From the NCBI GenBank assembly GCA_028534125.1, contig CM052816.1, positions 98,086,001-98,150,000 on the forward strand: a stretch of DNA of 64,000 nucleotides, read 5' to 3'. Source of the stretch: Lama glama (lineage: Eukaryota). Shown here piece by piece: positions 24,301 through 38,376 of this stretch (position 1 is the first letter of the stretch; each line of letters opens with the position of its first letter). Below the pieces are notes generated by a model. The model saw only the letters and a program-made list of their open reading frames with translations, searched no databases and was not told where the DNA came from. The translations under genes and the position numbers were made by a program.

Positions 24301-25789
24301 CTGAGCAATTTTGGTTGGGGTGTTTCAGTGGGAAGTGGGAACTTAGTGGGGAGACCTGACCTTGGTCCATTTATCATCAGGAGGGTGAAGGAATTTTTCA
24401 TTATATATCTTCTCTGATGCTTGAGAAAGCACTATGGTAGGCGTGTCGAGGAGAAGTCACCATGCCCCTGTCCCTGCAGCCATGTGGGGCCCTGGCTGAC
24501 CCACCTTTCTTTCAGCCAGGGATTCAGTCTCCCAAGAAACCGCCTAGGATCAGGCAGGTGGCTTGGTCAGCCTGGCAGAGAATGGCTCTATCTTTAGAGG
24601 TAGATTACCATTAGCCAAACTAGCAAGACTGATATATAAAACCAGCAGGCTGATTCATTCAACTTACAGGGAAAACTCTGGCAAAGCCAGCACCGGGCAT
24701 GCATGGGTGGTTTGAAGCTGGTGAGAGGGGGCCAGTGTCTACCCCCGGCACTGGGATCTGAAGCTGGAGGAGCTGAGTGGCTCAGTGGTGCTGGGCTTGT
24801 GCCTGTTTCACAGCGGGGATGCTCTCAGCCCTGGGGAGGAGGCCAAACGCCCTGCCAGGTCCTCCACTGATGTGGCCGGCTTCCCCTGGGTCTCTTCCCT
24901 TCTGCTTCTTTCCCATCTCCCGTCTGATGGGCCTGCTCTGTTCCTTCTCACATTGCTGAGTCTGCTCCCGCAGGGTTCTGGTGTGGGAGCTTCTGCTCCT
25001 CAAGGTGAGTCCAATCTCTTTGCTTTGTTCATTAGAGACCATGCAGACCCCATGGGGTGGCCCTCTAGGGACTTAGTCTTTCTAGTTCCCTAGAACGATC
25101 CCTAACAGATTATCGTTCAGCCTCCAGCTAGTTTGGCTTCCCAATTGAGAAGGTCTTTTTGTTGAAGAGCTGAAGTGCTTCTTCCTGTGACCTCCAGGCT
25201 CTTCCTTCTGGCGACAGCTTCGATATGCACGCCGCACATGGCCCCACGGTCAGCCCGGGAGCTGCAGGCTGCTTGTCAAGTGGGAGGGAGGCTGTCTCCG
25301 GGACCATGACTCAGTCCTGGGGGCTGGGAGTTGCAGTGAGGAGTGAGTGTGAACAATGAAACACAGGGCTCCACTGAAACGCCGTTGCACACGTACTGAT
25401 TGTTCGCCAACAGATTTCCTTTCCTAGGATGATGCCGTGGTGATTTAAAGTCTCGCTCGCAGTGCTGTTTGAAAGTAATCATGACCATTGATAGCACATT
25501 CATGGACCCTCTAATGTGTCAGAGAGCTGGCAGCCCAGGAACCGCGGGGACAGGACAGGGTGGGTTGGCACGCGGAGGTTCATCTTGTGGGAGGTGCTCC
25601 AGGTGCTTCCGGCCCAGTCCTGGCTGAGGCTGGGGGAGGGGGCGGGGGTGGCAGTCCAGTGAGCCCAGGTGACGGGGATTAGCCTGGAGAAGCTGACTGT
25701 GGGTTGGGACTTCTCAAATGTGCTCAGATGTCTACCTTCCACGATTAAATGCCCATTTTAATTTCTTCTTTGATATTCTGCTGTGGCCA

Positions 25790-26177
25790 TGTCAGTAGAC
25801 AAAGGATGTTGCAGTCATAAAGCCATTCAGGATGGACAAAAGCAGGAGACTGGCCTTAGATAGTTAAGATGCAGAGCCAAGGAACAATGTCAACACACCC
25901 AGACTTACATCTTCCCACACATAGAAAAGCACTGAAATCTTCAACTTGACATGTTTGTTTTTGTGATTAGCAGTAATCTTTTGATATTCAACTACATTTT
26001 TTTGTTTGTTTGTTTTTTTCCAGCAAAAACTCCTGTATATCCTGGCTTCTCTCTTACCTCTTTGGAACAGTCCCTCAGAGCGATCTGAGAGGCTGGTTCC
26101 CAGGCCATAGTTCTCAGTAAGGTCCCGAATAAAACATCATTCTCAACTTTCAGGTTGTGCATTTTTTTAAGCCGACA
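25790..26177 (+). mobile_element. ERV1-type solo LTR (MER41-related artiodactyl family)
   Basis: TGTCAG...CCGACA termini, a TATA-like CTGTATAT, AATAAA near 26128, and clear similarity to the reverse complement of 57273-57736. Confidence 0.8.
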
Positions 26178-27994
26178 CTGCCATTCGGTAGACTAGGTAA
26201 TCTAATTTCAAGGGGATACAGTCCTACCCTCATTGGATGCCTTCCACAGCTAATTTCATTTTCAAATAAAAAAGGAAATGGTTCACACACACCTTTTTCC
26301 CCCTTCTTCTTCTTCTGAACTGTCTATCATGCAGAAACAAGTTTGCTCACTGTGATCTAAGGGAGGTGCCCCTTTTCAGTGTCACCTGCGGTATTTCCAG
26401 GGGTGGCCTCAACGGACATCACTGGTCCCTGTTACTGATGGGAGGTTATTTCGCAGCTGCAGCATCGTCACCAGTAACAGAAACAGAGTGGTGCTTCATT
26501 TCCCCAGGGATGCGTCAACAAGACCAAGGACCACTGTGGTTTTTTTTTTTTAAGAGTTCAGTGTTTCTCCTTAAATCCTTTGCACCAGCCCTATAAACAC
26601 TTTAATGAGCCCATGTCTTTTCTTAGAAATTTGTTTTTTTCCAACTTAGCAAAAAAAATCAATTTCCTCTCAGCCCATCATTCCCGCACCCTCCAAACTG
26701 ATGAAACACATTCTGGTAGCAGCACTCTGTTTCATGTCCTCTGCAGGATGAATGGTGCATTGCTGTTACTGGGGGACAGGCTCCAGCTCTCCACCTGCCT
26801 TGTTTGCTTCTGAAACTTCAGTAGAAATTACATCTTCATAACAGCTTTTGATATATACCACAAGTTCTGAGAAAACACATCTATATTCACTTTCACTTCT
26901 ATTATGGTGAATCTTGAAATATTTAAGAGCATCTAGAACGTGGCTTTTTGGAACACTGTGATCACAGAAATAAAAACTCTTTTTACTTTTGATGTGAATG
27001 CTTTAGTATATCATAATAGCTACATGTAGCTTTTAAAACTCCCTCTGCATCCAACCATTTTCATAGTACAGTAAGTGATACTTACTTTATGTGGAATCAT
27101 AACAATTTATGTATTTGGTTCAAGAATCCATATCTTGGGTTGGCCAGACCTAAACATTTAATTACCTCTGGTGTTTATTGCAGGGAAAACTTCAGACGCC
27201 TCAGTTATCTTTCTGTTTGCTGTTCTGTCTTCACATTGATGATTTCAGAAGGATTTCGGAATGCATCAGCAGTGTTAGTGCATGAAAAACGTTTTTTCCC
27301 CCCCAGAATTGGGCACCTTGGTGTGAAACATAACAGTTACGAGTGCAAACATAAAAATACGTTAATTAAAACGCTCACCAGTGCTATCCTTGCCTTTCCC
27401 TGCCTCCTCTCTCTTACGGGGGTTGTGGGAGGAGCTTCAGGGAACTCCCTCCAGCCTGTTCTCTGCACTTCTGGGGACTCCATGATCGCGAAGCCCCCTC
27501 TCTGACCACATGCAGCTCCCTGACCCCAGGATTGTGACAACTCCTGAATTCTAATCCACAGTGATTCTTTTCAAAATTCTTAGCTTGGAACTCAAAGGCA
27601 CCCTGCTCCTTCCCACCTGGTCTCTGGACTTGCTTGAATACTTATACGTGTAGCCCCATCTGCCTGGGCTCCTTGGCCAGAGCCTGGATGCTCACCTTCC
27701 CCTGCACCTCAGTCCGGCCTCTCGAAATCCTATTGATTCCCTGAGAGTCTGCCCAGTGTTGGCTTCTGCCACACCTGCAGTGATGCCAGGCTACACTCTG
27801 CAGGCCAGCTCTTTCTCCCCTGAATCACCGTGACTATTTTGTTATGTTTTCTCACCTATCTCTGTATCTAATCTGTATCTGTATTGATGTCTATGCCCAT
27901 ATCTGCTTATACATATAGACATTGCATATATAATGACTTCTTTTAAGTGACTGAGCTCAACACTCTGAACACGACCTTACAAAGAATGGCCACA

Positions 27995-28317
27995 TGCTAT
28001 GAAATGAACTGTGTTCTCCCAAAATTCCTATGTTGAAGCCCTATATTTGGAGGTAATCAAGTTTAACTGAAGTCATAGGATGAAGTCCTAATGCAGTAAA
28101 ATTGGTGGCCTTGTAAGGACAGGAAGAGAAGGGGCTCTCTCTCCACGCAGCAAGGAGGCGGCCATCTGTAAGCCAAGAAGAGCGCCCTCGCCCCATCTGG
28201 CCATGCCGACGCCCTGATCTTGGACTTCCAGCCTCCAGAACAGTGAGAAATGCATTTCTGTTGTTTCCGCTGCCCCGTCTGTGGTATCCGTCATGGCAGT
28301 TACAGCTGACTTACACA
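27995..28317 (+). mobile_element. MaLR MLT1A-like solo LTR
   Basis: TGCTATG...AAAATTCCTATGTTGAAGCCCTA...GATCTTGGACTTCCAGCCTCCAGAACAGTGAGAAAT...GCTGACTTACACA. Confidence 0.9.
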
Positions 28318-31300
28318 CTGTACGTGGTTAAAATCACTCAACATTCATTCAGCAAGGAAGGACTGTGCACTTGGGATGAAGTCACTTATTCCCACAACTA
28401 GATTTTGGAAGAACAATAATGCTGAGAGCACAGTTTCTGAATTTTCTATTTCTTTTTCCTTACCGCAGATTAGTTTGACCTTTAGCCATTGCAGGCTACA
28501 AATTGCAAAAAATCACAAGGTCTGCGATGAAGCTGTGACAATAACTCAAAGGAATTTGTTTTTCTACTCTGGCTCTATCCATTTGATTACATTGTAACCA
28601 ATACTTGCTTTTGTCCCTGTGGACAAAAATTGTTCATAAACTATAAAGAAATTGCACCGCCACGGAAGAAATCAACTTGTTAAGTGGGCCATGTTTTTCC
28701 CTCTAAGCAAGAGAGAACCTGCAAAACGCTCTGCTGTGAAAAACAACGAAGGAAAGAAAGGGCGGGAGGGGGACCTCCAGACACGGAAGGCACTGAAGGA
28801 ACAGACACTGAAGGAACACTCTTGGAGCCTGCCAGTTTTCAGACATCCTCTTCTGCAAATGGTGTGTTTTCATAGGGGACACGATGGTGTGACGCTCTCC
28901 CCCCACTTGGGACCCTTCCAAGGATGTGTCAGTTAATAAAATCAGCTCCGTCAGCAAAGGCACGCACACCAGCCAACTGGAATCGATCCATTCTGAAGGC
29001 AGAACGTGTGGCAACCAACAGACACCAGTAATCAGAGTTGGTGTGGTTCTCTGGTTGGGCTGCTTACCCCAGGCTGTGAGCTGCCTCTCACACTGAAGAG
29101 ACAGACGTGTGTGCTGACCTAGGCTGTCTTTCTGTGTGATGAAGTGGAAAGTGAATGCAAATTACTCCGGAGTTTTCTTAGAAGAGATTGAGTTGCCATG
29201 CCGTTGTAATCATCCACCAAGGAGTGACCAGCCTTGGGACGTCTCTGCCAGGACGGCCCCCAGCAGCAGGTGGGCGGGCCAACACGAACTCTCCCATCAC
29301 CAGGGGTGCAGTCTGTCTCCTGTGAGAATGGAGTGGCAGTAAGATATTAATCTTCCAAGCCTCTCCCCCGTCAGTCAGTGTTCGAGACTCCTTGTGCACC
29401 TGTGCTCTTACTCCTCTCACTCATCCTGCATCACCGCCACCCTCTGTCCCACACGGCCCCATGGTCTGGGTAGCCAAAGGAAGACACATACCAGGTTTAA
29501 ATGTTTTATTTTGTTGATCGGGACTCCACAGGAGCTGGGAAAATTGCCATCTCAGGCTTGGCTCAAATAAGAACCTTCAGAATAAAGAACGAGGACCCCC
29601 TTCCACTGCTGCAACATTCGACAGCCCCTCCCCACTTCTGCTCCTTCCAAGAGCCACCACAGCCCACGTCTGATGACGCTATGTCCAGGAGACACGGGAG
29701 AGACAGCAAGATTCAGCTTGTTCTTGGGACCTTCTTGACCATGAGATGTCTGATCTGGTGTTTGGCAGTTATGATTCTTGGCCCAAATGTGCTGAGGGCT
29801 TCAGGCGTAACCAGGCTTTTCAGCACTGATGGAAACGCTGTGTCCATCCCACGGCTAGCATCAACTGGCCAGAAAAATATCATTGCTTAGATAATAAAGA
29901 ACATCTGGGAGTAAAGTGAAGCTAATGTCTCCTTGGACAAACTTTACTGGTTAAATAGAAAATGAACAGGAGTCTTGGGGGGAAATTAGGAAAGGGAGCC
30001 AGCTTCAGTTCAGACACTGGAGTCTGGAAAGGTTGTGCAATTTCACTCGAGGCACAGTACTCACGACCTGCCTCCTACCCCTGCATCTGAGCCATCGTGT
30101 ACTGCTGGCTGTGCTGGTGTGTGAAGGAGTCACGTAAGATGCTCCGGGGACGACCCTCTTGCTCAGATGTCTCCTTGGCTGTGGGTGGAGAGCTCCAAGG
30201 ATGAGAGGTTCATTTCCCCTACTCTCATGGTTCTTTTCTCTCTCATGAACCAGCTTTCTTCCAGAGCTCCCTGCAGCACCTGGCAGGCCACTGCCCTCTT
30301 GTTAGGAGGAGATATGAAATCTGGCACAGAATAAACTCTTGAGTTTGGCAAACGATGGAGATACTGGTTCTCTGAAAGCATTTGCCTCCTCCTTTAGGAC
30401 TTGGGAGTTAAGAGCTGCTTACAACCCCTGAAACCAACATAATGCAACTTTGAGATCTTTCTAGTAAAATACAAACTGATTAAAAATAGCTTTTGAATTT
30501 ATGCAGGACTTTCCTTTCCTCCTAAATTATTTCTTTTAGAAAAAATTTTGTTTGCATCTTGGGGAAAGAACAGAAGGAAGCGCTGGATTAAAGCCCCTCG
30601 ATGCAGGCAGAATAATTTAGAGCCAGTGTGGAAATTGCGCTATTCTTTCAATGAATACGGAGGGAATAAATCAAGCGGTCACACATTCAGAAGGATAACA
30701 GCATGGCTAGGACTCCCCCGCTGCAAGCAGTGGCATTTGCTGGGCTCACAGAGTTGTGTAGCTGGGGATCCGGGCAGGCGAGGAGCACTTGGCAGTCTTT
30801 CTGAGGGCTACGGGTCTCCCTGAGCGGATTCTCCAAGCTCCCAGTGAAAAGCCCACATAAATGTAAATGTGTTAGTCTTGCACGTCCCCGCGTTCCATCA
30901 TAAGCTTCTCTATGTGGGTCATAATCGGAAGGGAAAGGGAAACATGAGAACCAAACTTGAGTTCTGCAGACTACTGCCATGGCTCTCCAGGGAGCTGTCA
31001 CCTTGTAATTTAAGAGAGTGGCTGGCTGTCCAGGTCACAGAGGGCTGGGCGAGCCCATCCCGTTGATTGCTGAGGCCCCATCATGCAGGTGGCGCGAAGC
31101 CAGCTTTCATGTCATTTTCCCAGCATAATCCCTTCCTGCAGGTTTGGGCGGCATTAGTCCTGATCAGCCAAAGTGCTCTGGGTGGTTTCGTTTATTCCAA
31201 CTGAACTGTCCACTCAGCTCTCTGTCTCTTTTTAAAACATTCTTAATATTTTTAACTGCATAGCAGCTGGTGTTTTGGAAATAGCATGGAACAGGATGGG

Positions 31301-34127
31301 CAGTGGGAGGGAAGAGGGAGGGAAGACACAGCTAGAGGGAAGCACAGGCCGAGGGCTGTCTGCAGAGTCTGCCGGGGTGGGGGGTCCACCTACGAGTGGA
31401 GGGAGGAAGAGGCAGCCAGCCTCCTATGGGAATATCTTCAGAGCCCGCATGTTTCCCATCCTGGGAGAACAAAGAGGTTAGAGGGTGGAGAAGACACTAA
31501 CTTTCGTTTTTGAAAGAAAGAAGAAATTGAGCTGTCTTTGTTCACAAACAACATGATTGCATAGATTCCAAGTCTGTCTCAGGCTCAGACCTGCCCCATG
31601 GGACCCTGTCCCATAGAATAAAACCTGTACCTTGTGGAGCCCATTCTTCATTCTGGGTCATCACGGGCATTCACCCTCAGACGCAGGCAGGTGAGAAGGC
31701 ATCTAACTCCAGGTTCTATTTGGAAATTTCACCTGTTGCATTTTCATCCTTGACGTTCCCATTAATTACGTGGTGATTCTCCTGCCGTTAACCCAGATCC
31801 TGAGGATGAGGCTAGTTGCCTCAGGAGCAGAGGACCCAGGAGGACCCAGAGAGAACATGGGATTACCTTGTCAGCTATGCCTCCAAAATGGCCTTGAAAG
31901 CCCTTGCTCTGGGTTGCAAGAGATTATGAAGAAGGGAACACATTTTGTGTGTTTATTCACTTGTTGTATTTTGGCTTTTGAATGCCAAATCTCGGCTTCA
32001 TAGTCCAATAGCAAAGTTCAGAAGACACAGAACACAAAGATTATACCTTAAACCACATTGCGGGAGGGCTGTGGAGGGTGCAAAAGCAGTGCCTCCTTCA
32101 CAGAGAAGGAGTGGGGATCCCCAGGGCTGGAGGGCAGCTGGGAGGGCCTAGGAGAAGGGAGCTCCAGGCCCCCCTGCCTCCTAAGGGCAGTCCTGGGTGG
32201 GGGGCAACCGCCACTGGACCAGGCAGGTCTAGGCAGAGACAGACGACATGACACCTCCCTCCACACCAGCATTCAAGGGCTCATACTGTGCACAGAGCAG
32301 TCTCTGAAGTTTCAGTAACTGCACCCCTCACCCCAGGAGAGATACAGATGCTAATGGAGAATGGCCAGGGGTTGGCATGGAGGCCTCAGGACCAGAGGAT
32401 GTGGGAGCACCCACGAGGGAGCATCAGTAGGCACTTCCACCACCGTGCAGAGGGCACACGTGGGTGCAGGCCATCATCCATGGTCACCAGCAGGACAGAA
32501 AATAGCCACAGACCAAAGTGTCCCTCTTCCTCAGCACCATGAAGTCAGTGCATACGCTCCCCTGAGCCCAGTCGTGAATGTAGAGATGGGGTGGAAAGAG
32601 GTGGGTGGGGTGGGTTACATTAGCTCTCCGAACAGAGCCTAGATTCAACAGAAGTCCGTGATCGAGCTAGCACCATCCACTTCTGAGCTTCCAAGTTTAT
32701 GATCACAGATTTTAAACTTACCAGGTTACTGATGGACACAACCACCTCATCTGACATTGGACAAGAACTTCAATAAATTATAGTCTGCTGGCTGAGTCTT
32801 GCAGGATAATTCTCAATTAATTTTGATTTATGATCTGTTTTGCATCAAGTGTACTTACTGTGAACATGAGTGGAGCTTGGCTTAAGGAAAAGAAAACATG
32901 CAGAGGAAAGTAATCTGAGACTGGTTTTGCCTTTCATCCAGTTCGCAGAGTTTGTACAACACTAGCAGAGCTGCAGTGCTGAGCATGGTGTTGGTGTGAG
33001 ATGTCTGGGGACAAAAGGAGGTGGGGCTTTGGCAGTGGGGAGGAGCATGCCCATGTCTTCTGGAAGCAGCTTTGCAGGGATTGATGGAGGCTGATATTGC
33101 TTTCTGGGTCTTGCTAACACAGGCCGCATCACTGATGGAAGACAGTGGCCTTCCCTCCTGTCAGTCTTCCCTCTCTAGGGCCCTGCCTCCTTCAGATTCC
33201 GTGGGACCCTTTGTTCGCATGCCCGGGTGGAACAGCCAAGCCTCCCCAGGGGCTGCCGACCGGGCTGGCTGGCCCTGAGTTCTGGGGGAAACTCTGCTCT
33301 TCATAAGTGGCCAAGTTCTCCCCTCCTTCACGTTTCTGGCTCGCATGGCCCTGCCTGGGGTCAGAGTGCTGGGCTGGCCCCCATCCTCCCTGTACTTTGT
33401 AGTCTGAATGCTGGTTCTGAGAACAGTCCTGGCTCAGGGCCTGGAGAAAACTCACCTGGTCAGAACACCACAATATAACTCAGAAGATTGCTTAGTGAGC
33501 ATAAAATTGGAGCAAAGAGAGGTCTGTATTCTTAAGGGATGTTTCCAATGTGCTGTGGTAGCAAGATACAGTGTCCTTTTCAACACTGGGGCTATTTCCA
33601 GAAAAAGAGCAGGGAGAGGACATCTACACCTGGGGCACCCGTCCTTCTGGACCGGGCTGGAAGAGCATGAATGCGTGCTTCCACTCCCCCTAACTCTAAC
33701 ATATTCCCGTCCCCCGCCAAGGGCTGCTGCCGCTACAGCATTATGCAGCACAGGCTCACGACCGCATTTCATCGTGCATTTGTTCTGTTTGCATCACTTG
33801 TCTCCTGATGGGATTTTGAGGAGGTGCCTTAGTCTCATCAGTGATGTATTTGCAGATCTTATTCTCCAATGGATCGAGTCTGGGGAGAATTTTGCTGGTG
33901 GGTGAGTCTGACCCTGGGTGTCAAGTCTCTGGATTGCCCGGTGGAGAGTGGGGTCGGCTGACCCACACTCACAGAAGCATGGGGACCATTCATTGATCCC
34001 CTTGGGTCATAGCCCACCCCCCCTGCCTGCCAGCCTGCATGGCTCTGTCTTCTGACCAGGAAGGACCCTCTGATATTGACCTCCACGGTCCTTCACAGCC
34101 CCTTCCTCTGGGGTTTATTTGATCAAT

Positions 34128-34557
34128 GTGTGGTTTAAGTTCCTAGGGCTGTTGTAACACAGTGCCACAAACTGGGTGGCTTAGAACAGGAGCAGTTTAT
34201 TGTCTCCTGATATGGTGGCCAGGAGTCTGAGATCACGATGTCGGCAGAGCCACACTGCCCTGGAGGTGCTGCTGATGGCGCTTTCCCAGGCCTCTCCCCG
34301 AGATGCTAGCAGCCTCAGGTGGTCCTTGGCTGGTAGATGCTTCACGCCGTCTTCCATCGTGCTTGCCTGTCCTGTGTCCAGATTTCCCCTTTCTGCAAGG
34401 ACAGCAGTCGTGTTGAATTAGGGCCCAAAGTCAAGGGGTCACTTTAAGCTGATTTCCTCGCAAAGACCCCATTTCCGGATGAGGGCACGTTCCCAGGTAC
34501 TGGGGCCTTAGGACTCCAGCACACACATTTTTAGGGGATGCATCTCAGCCCCTAACA
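34128..34557 (-). mobile_element. MaLR MLT1B/C-like solo LTR
   Basis: CCTAGGGCTGTTGTAACACAGTGCCACAAACTGGGTGGCTTAGAACA...GCAAAGACCCCATTTCC...CAGCCCCTAACA. Confidence 0.88.
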
Positions 34558-34559
34558 GT

Positions 34560-34685
34560 GTGTGACCTCCATGGAGGTGGAGAACATATTTGTTGTCACT
34601 TTCAGGGCAGCCCCTGAGCCTAGCAGGCTGTCTGGCACAGACGGCGCGCCCAACAGCTGTTGAATGAATGAGTGAATGAGTGAAC
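34560..34685 (+). mobile_element. LINE-2 3' terminus
   Basis: GCCTAGCAGGCTGTCTGGCACAGA...TGTTGAATGAATGAGTGAATGA tail. Confidence 0.75.
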
Positions 34686-34965
34686 AGCGAATGATTTTCC
34701 AAGATAAGTTCAACCCCCACCCCCACTGCCTCCACACACACGTGGCAGTCTTTAGTAAGAACCTCTCACAGGCATCTTACATTGGCCCTGACCACACAAA
34801 AGTTAGGCAGGCAATTCAATCTGTCCCGCCCTTCACCTCCAGTCCCAGTGTTCGAGACTCTGAATTTGTGGGAAAACACAGTGAATTTTCTCCTCTTCCA
34901 CCTCCTGGATTAATGAGCAGTAGAGGGAAGTGGCACAATAGAAAGACGTTGGTTATGGTAAAGAA

Positions 34966-35118
34966 TAGGGTTGCCAGATTTAGCAGAAGAATATGAGGAT
35001 GCCCAGTTAAACGTGGATTTCCCAAATACCGCATGGGACACACCTCTACCAAAAGGTATTTATTGTCCTTGTGAAATCCAAACACAAGTAGGCACCCTGT
35101 GCTTAGTCTGCAACCCTG
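34966..35118. mobile_element. hAT MER53-like MITE
   Basis: Terminal inverted repeats TAGGGTTGCCAGA ... TCTGCAACCCTG and internal GGATGCCCAGTTAAA. Confidence 0.8.
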
Positions 35119-35589
35119 CTGCGGTTGGTGCCCCAGTAGTGCACTAGGTTATTGAACGCTGCAGACTCTGGAGGTGGAAGGGTAGAAGGTAGGAGGGCGG
35201 GGACTCTGAGTGAGGGGAGGCGAAGGCTGCAGGACCCCTGTGGATTTGCTGTGCTGTTTTCTGCCTTCTCTTCAGTTTCTCCGATTTAGGTGCCAACAGC
35301 TCCAGAGTACCTCTCCACTTGCCACCTCTCCTTCTTCTTCTAGACCATTTTCTCTTGTTCTGCCTCTAAGGCAGTAGTCTCCCGTAGGCAGTAAACAGTG
35401 TGTACCTACACAGCGCTTACACTAGGTACCGCCTTAACAGGGGTAGGAGTTTATGCTCAAGTCTCTTTCTTCAGGTAACCGGCCTCACATCAGAAACCCA
35501 GGACTCACCCAGTGACTTACTTCCAAGGCACATTCCCACTGTGAACCGACTTCTTGTTGTTTCTGAAAGATTGAAAATTCTCCAGACTC

Positions 35590-35772
35590 AAGGTCAGTCT
35601 GGCTTTGAATATCTTCTCTGTCCCTTTCTAGTTAGATGACAAAACCTATTATCATTGTCATCTACAAAATGGCAGAAGCAACAGACCAAGTTTATATAGT
35701 GTGACTATTAAATTCAATAACTTAAGCTATCATGGATCTAACATACAATAAGCACTCAAAGGTGGTAGCTGT
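35590..35772 (+). mobile_element. MIR SINE, degenerate
   Basis: GGCTTTGAAT...TCATCTACAAAATGG...AATAAGCACTCAAAGGTGGTAGCTG. Confidence 0.6.
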
Positions 35773-36057
35773 AATCATCACCATCTTCACCACCACTACC
35801 ATCATATTCCTCATCACTGTCATCATCACCATCACCAACAATGTCATCATCACCATCATCACCCATTGTTACCATCTCCATGCTCATCATCGTCACTGCC
35901 ACTATCGGCAGCCCTGTCATGTCCATCATTGTATCACCACTGTCAAAGTCATGATGGTGATCATCACCATCACCAACAGTATCATCATCACCATCACCAT
36001 CATGTCCTTCATTATCATTGTCAAAATCATGGTCATCATAACCACCATCATCATCAT
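35773..36057. repeat. Degenerate (CAT/CAC)n trinucleotide repeat
   Basis: About 285 bp of ATC/ACC triplets, which produce the spurious Ile/Thr- and His-rich ORFs. Confidence 0.92.
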
Positions 36058-36720
36058 TTTACCCACATTTCTGCTAGGATAACTTTGCCTCCATCAAGTC
36101 AAGGACTGAGCTGCTTAAATCACTCTCTTGAATGTATAATGCTTATTTTGCCCTTGTATTTCACCCTCTTGGAAGTATGGTGCTGTCACCAAAATGTTGG
36201 TGAATTGTCCGGGTTGCCTTTGGGTCAGCGGGAACCTGCTTGTATTGAATTATTTGAGTGTTATTATTATTATATCTTATATATAGTCAATTATTATGTC
36301 TTACTAGTGGGTGCGTGTGATCCTTGATCTGCATGGCTTTGATCTGGACGTGGAATTCATCATTCACTCAAGCATTTGAATAAGTAGAAGACTTTATGGA
36401 CGCTTTCAAAAACATGATAGCGTTAATATTGTGTCAATGCAAACTTAATTTTATATGGTTCTATTTACAAAGCTCCTCCCCACTTTCTCATTCCCCATCA
36501 TCCTGCTATGCCTCCAGTCTTCACCCTTCCTTCTTTCTTCCACTCATCTCTTGCTCTAGCCCCCAACTTCCTGCTCTTGTCTGCTGCATCTCCTAAAGGC
36601 TTTTGTCCTCCAAATCTTACATTTCCTCCATATCAAAATGTTTTTCTATATACGCTTTTCTTTTTAAAAGAGTCTAATGCAAAGTGTTCAAAAGATAAAA
36701 TTTTAATTCAGCTGCAAATA

Positions 36721-36919
36721 CAGTCATCCCTAGATATCCATGGGAGATTGATTCTAGGAGCTCCCAAAGATACCAAAATATGTAGATGCTTAAGTCCCTT
36801 GTATAAAAAGGTATAGTACAGTGAATACAGTTGGCCCTCCATATCCGCAGGTGTTTTATCTGTGGATTCAACCAATCAAATCCATGGGTGCAAAATCTGT
36901 GGATACAGAGGGTTGATTG
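36721..36919. mobile_element. TcMar-Tigger MER2-like MITE
   Basis: TA|CAGTCATCCCTAGATATCCATGG ... GTGGATACAGAGGGTTGATTG|TA: terminal inverted repeats with TA target duplication. Confidence 0.85.
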
Positions 36920-38376
36920 TAGTTTGAAAGGTGCAGGGGACAGCCTAGCCACCTTCTTTGTAAGTGGAAGCTCCTTTTAAGCCTGAAATAACAGTTCTAT
37001 TCAACATTTTCTTTCAACATGTGGCATTGAGTCTGTCTCATCATAGACTCTAGAAACATTTTTCCCTAATATGATTAGCCTGATTCTCACATTGCATCAA
37101 CTAATTTCTAAACATTGTCACACATCATTATTTGTGCATAATGAATCAAAGCAGTAGTAGAAAAGAATTCTATTTTAGAAATCCTTCTTAAGAAACAGTT
37201 GGGAAAATTAAATGTGTGCTGGCTGAGAAGCCAGGCCAAAGTCAGCCTCAGAGGATGGACTTTCTTGCATGGAAGTGGCAGCCAGAAAGGCTGTCTGGAA
37301 GCTTTCCTGGGATTTGGTCCTGAGGCTCGTGTGTCAGCATTATTGTTGGAAATTGGATTTGCTTCTAAGGGAGCAGTGAGGATTCAGGACGCTGGCGCTG
37401 AGCCACATCGATCCATCTGGCTCCCTGAAGCATGAGCTCCTTGAACCAAGGGATGTTCTTGAGGCCTCAGCATTAAAATCGTTTATTTCAACACCTGGGA
37501 ACCACCTCCCACCTTGCAGGAGTGCGTCCAGGAGAAATAATTACACTTAGGACTAGGAGGGATTGCATCCTTGGGTCAACAAAGGTTTCCAAACTTCATT
37601 ATTACTCTAATATTTTGACACTGAATAATTGGATTCCAACATTGTGCTTAGGGTTAATGCCAAAGGACTCTAGAAAAGTTATAAATGAGAACTTTATGGA
37701 GTAAAATTCTTTAATTAGGGAAGCTGTATAATTCCCGATTTGGCAGGAGAGGAGACAGAGTTATAGTGAAATTTCACTCAGTGTGAAATCAACTGTGGCA
37801 ATGAGTTTTCAGTAAATGCATTTTGAAGATTCAAGCCGGTGTAAGCTGGAGGCAAATGCTGCTCAGCCTGTGTGGCAGAAAAGAAGAAGGTTAGACAAAG
37901 GAGGAGCAAGCAGCCCTGCACAGGAAGCAGGGTCTTTCCTGTCTCCATGCTCTACCCTCTTAACTCACTGGCTTCAGCTCTCCTCCTCTGTCCCAGGCCA
38001 TGGAGTCTGGAGCAAATACAGGGCCTGGATTCTGCCTTTGGAGGAACAGTATGCACGGGGGTTCTGGAAGCCTGGATCAAAAGGGAAAGGGTTAGCTAGA
38101 ATGTTCTTGTGGAACCACTAAGCCCAGGAGAAGAGGGAAGCTGTCTGGGATGGGATGAGGTCAGAGCTGGGGCAACTGGCCTGCCTGCTGCACTGGAGGA
38201 ATGTAGGAGCAGAATCAAGATCAGGTAGAGCGGCCAGTGGTCAAGGGCTGGTTGGGAGGTGCTGGAGGTCAGTGTAGACAGGGTGAGCAGGCAGTGGAAT
38301 GTTCTTGGGTCCACTTCTGGGGATCTCAATAGCCAGCACTTCCCTGCCTCCCTTTGAAGCATTGAGGCTACTTGGG

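Noticed and set aside
31512..31565. Reverse-transcriptase-like motif (EEIELSLFTNNMI)
   Set aside because: About 50 bp of decayed L1 ORF2 (LSLFADDMI region) with the catalytic residues lost; not a gene.
29376..34860. Shared 15-mer CAGTGTTCGAGACTC at ~29376 and ~34846
   Set aside because: Isolated match with no extension and no element between the copies; compatible with chance.
35732..36327. His-rich and Ile/Thr-rich ORFs
   Set aside because: Translation of a degenerate (CAT)n microsatellite at a MIR tail.
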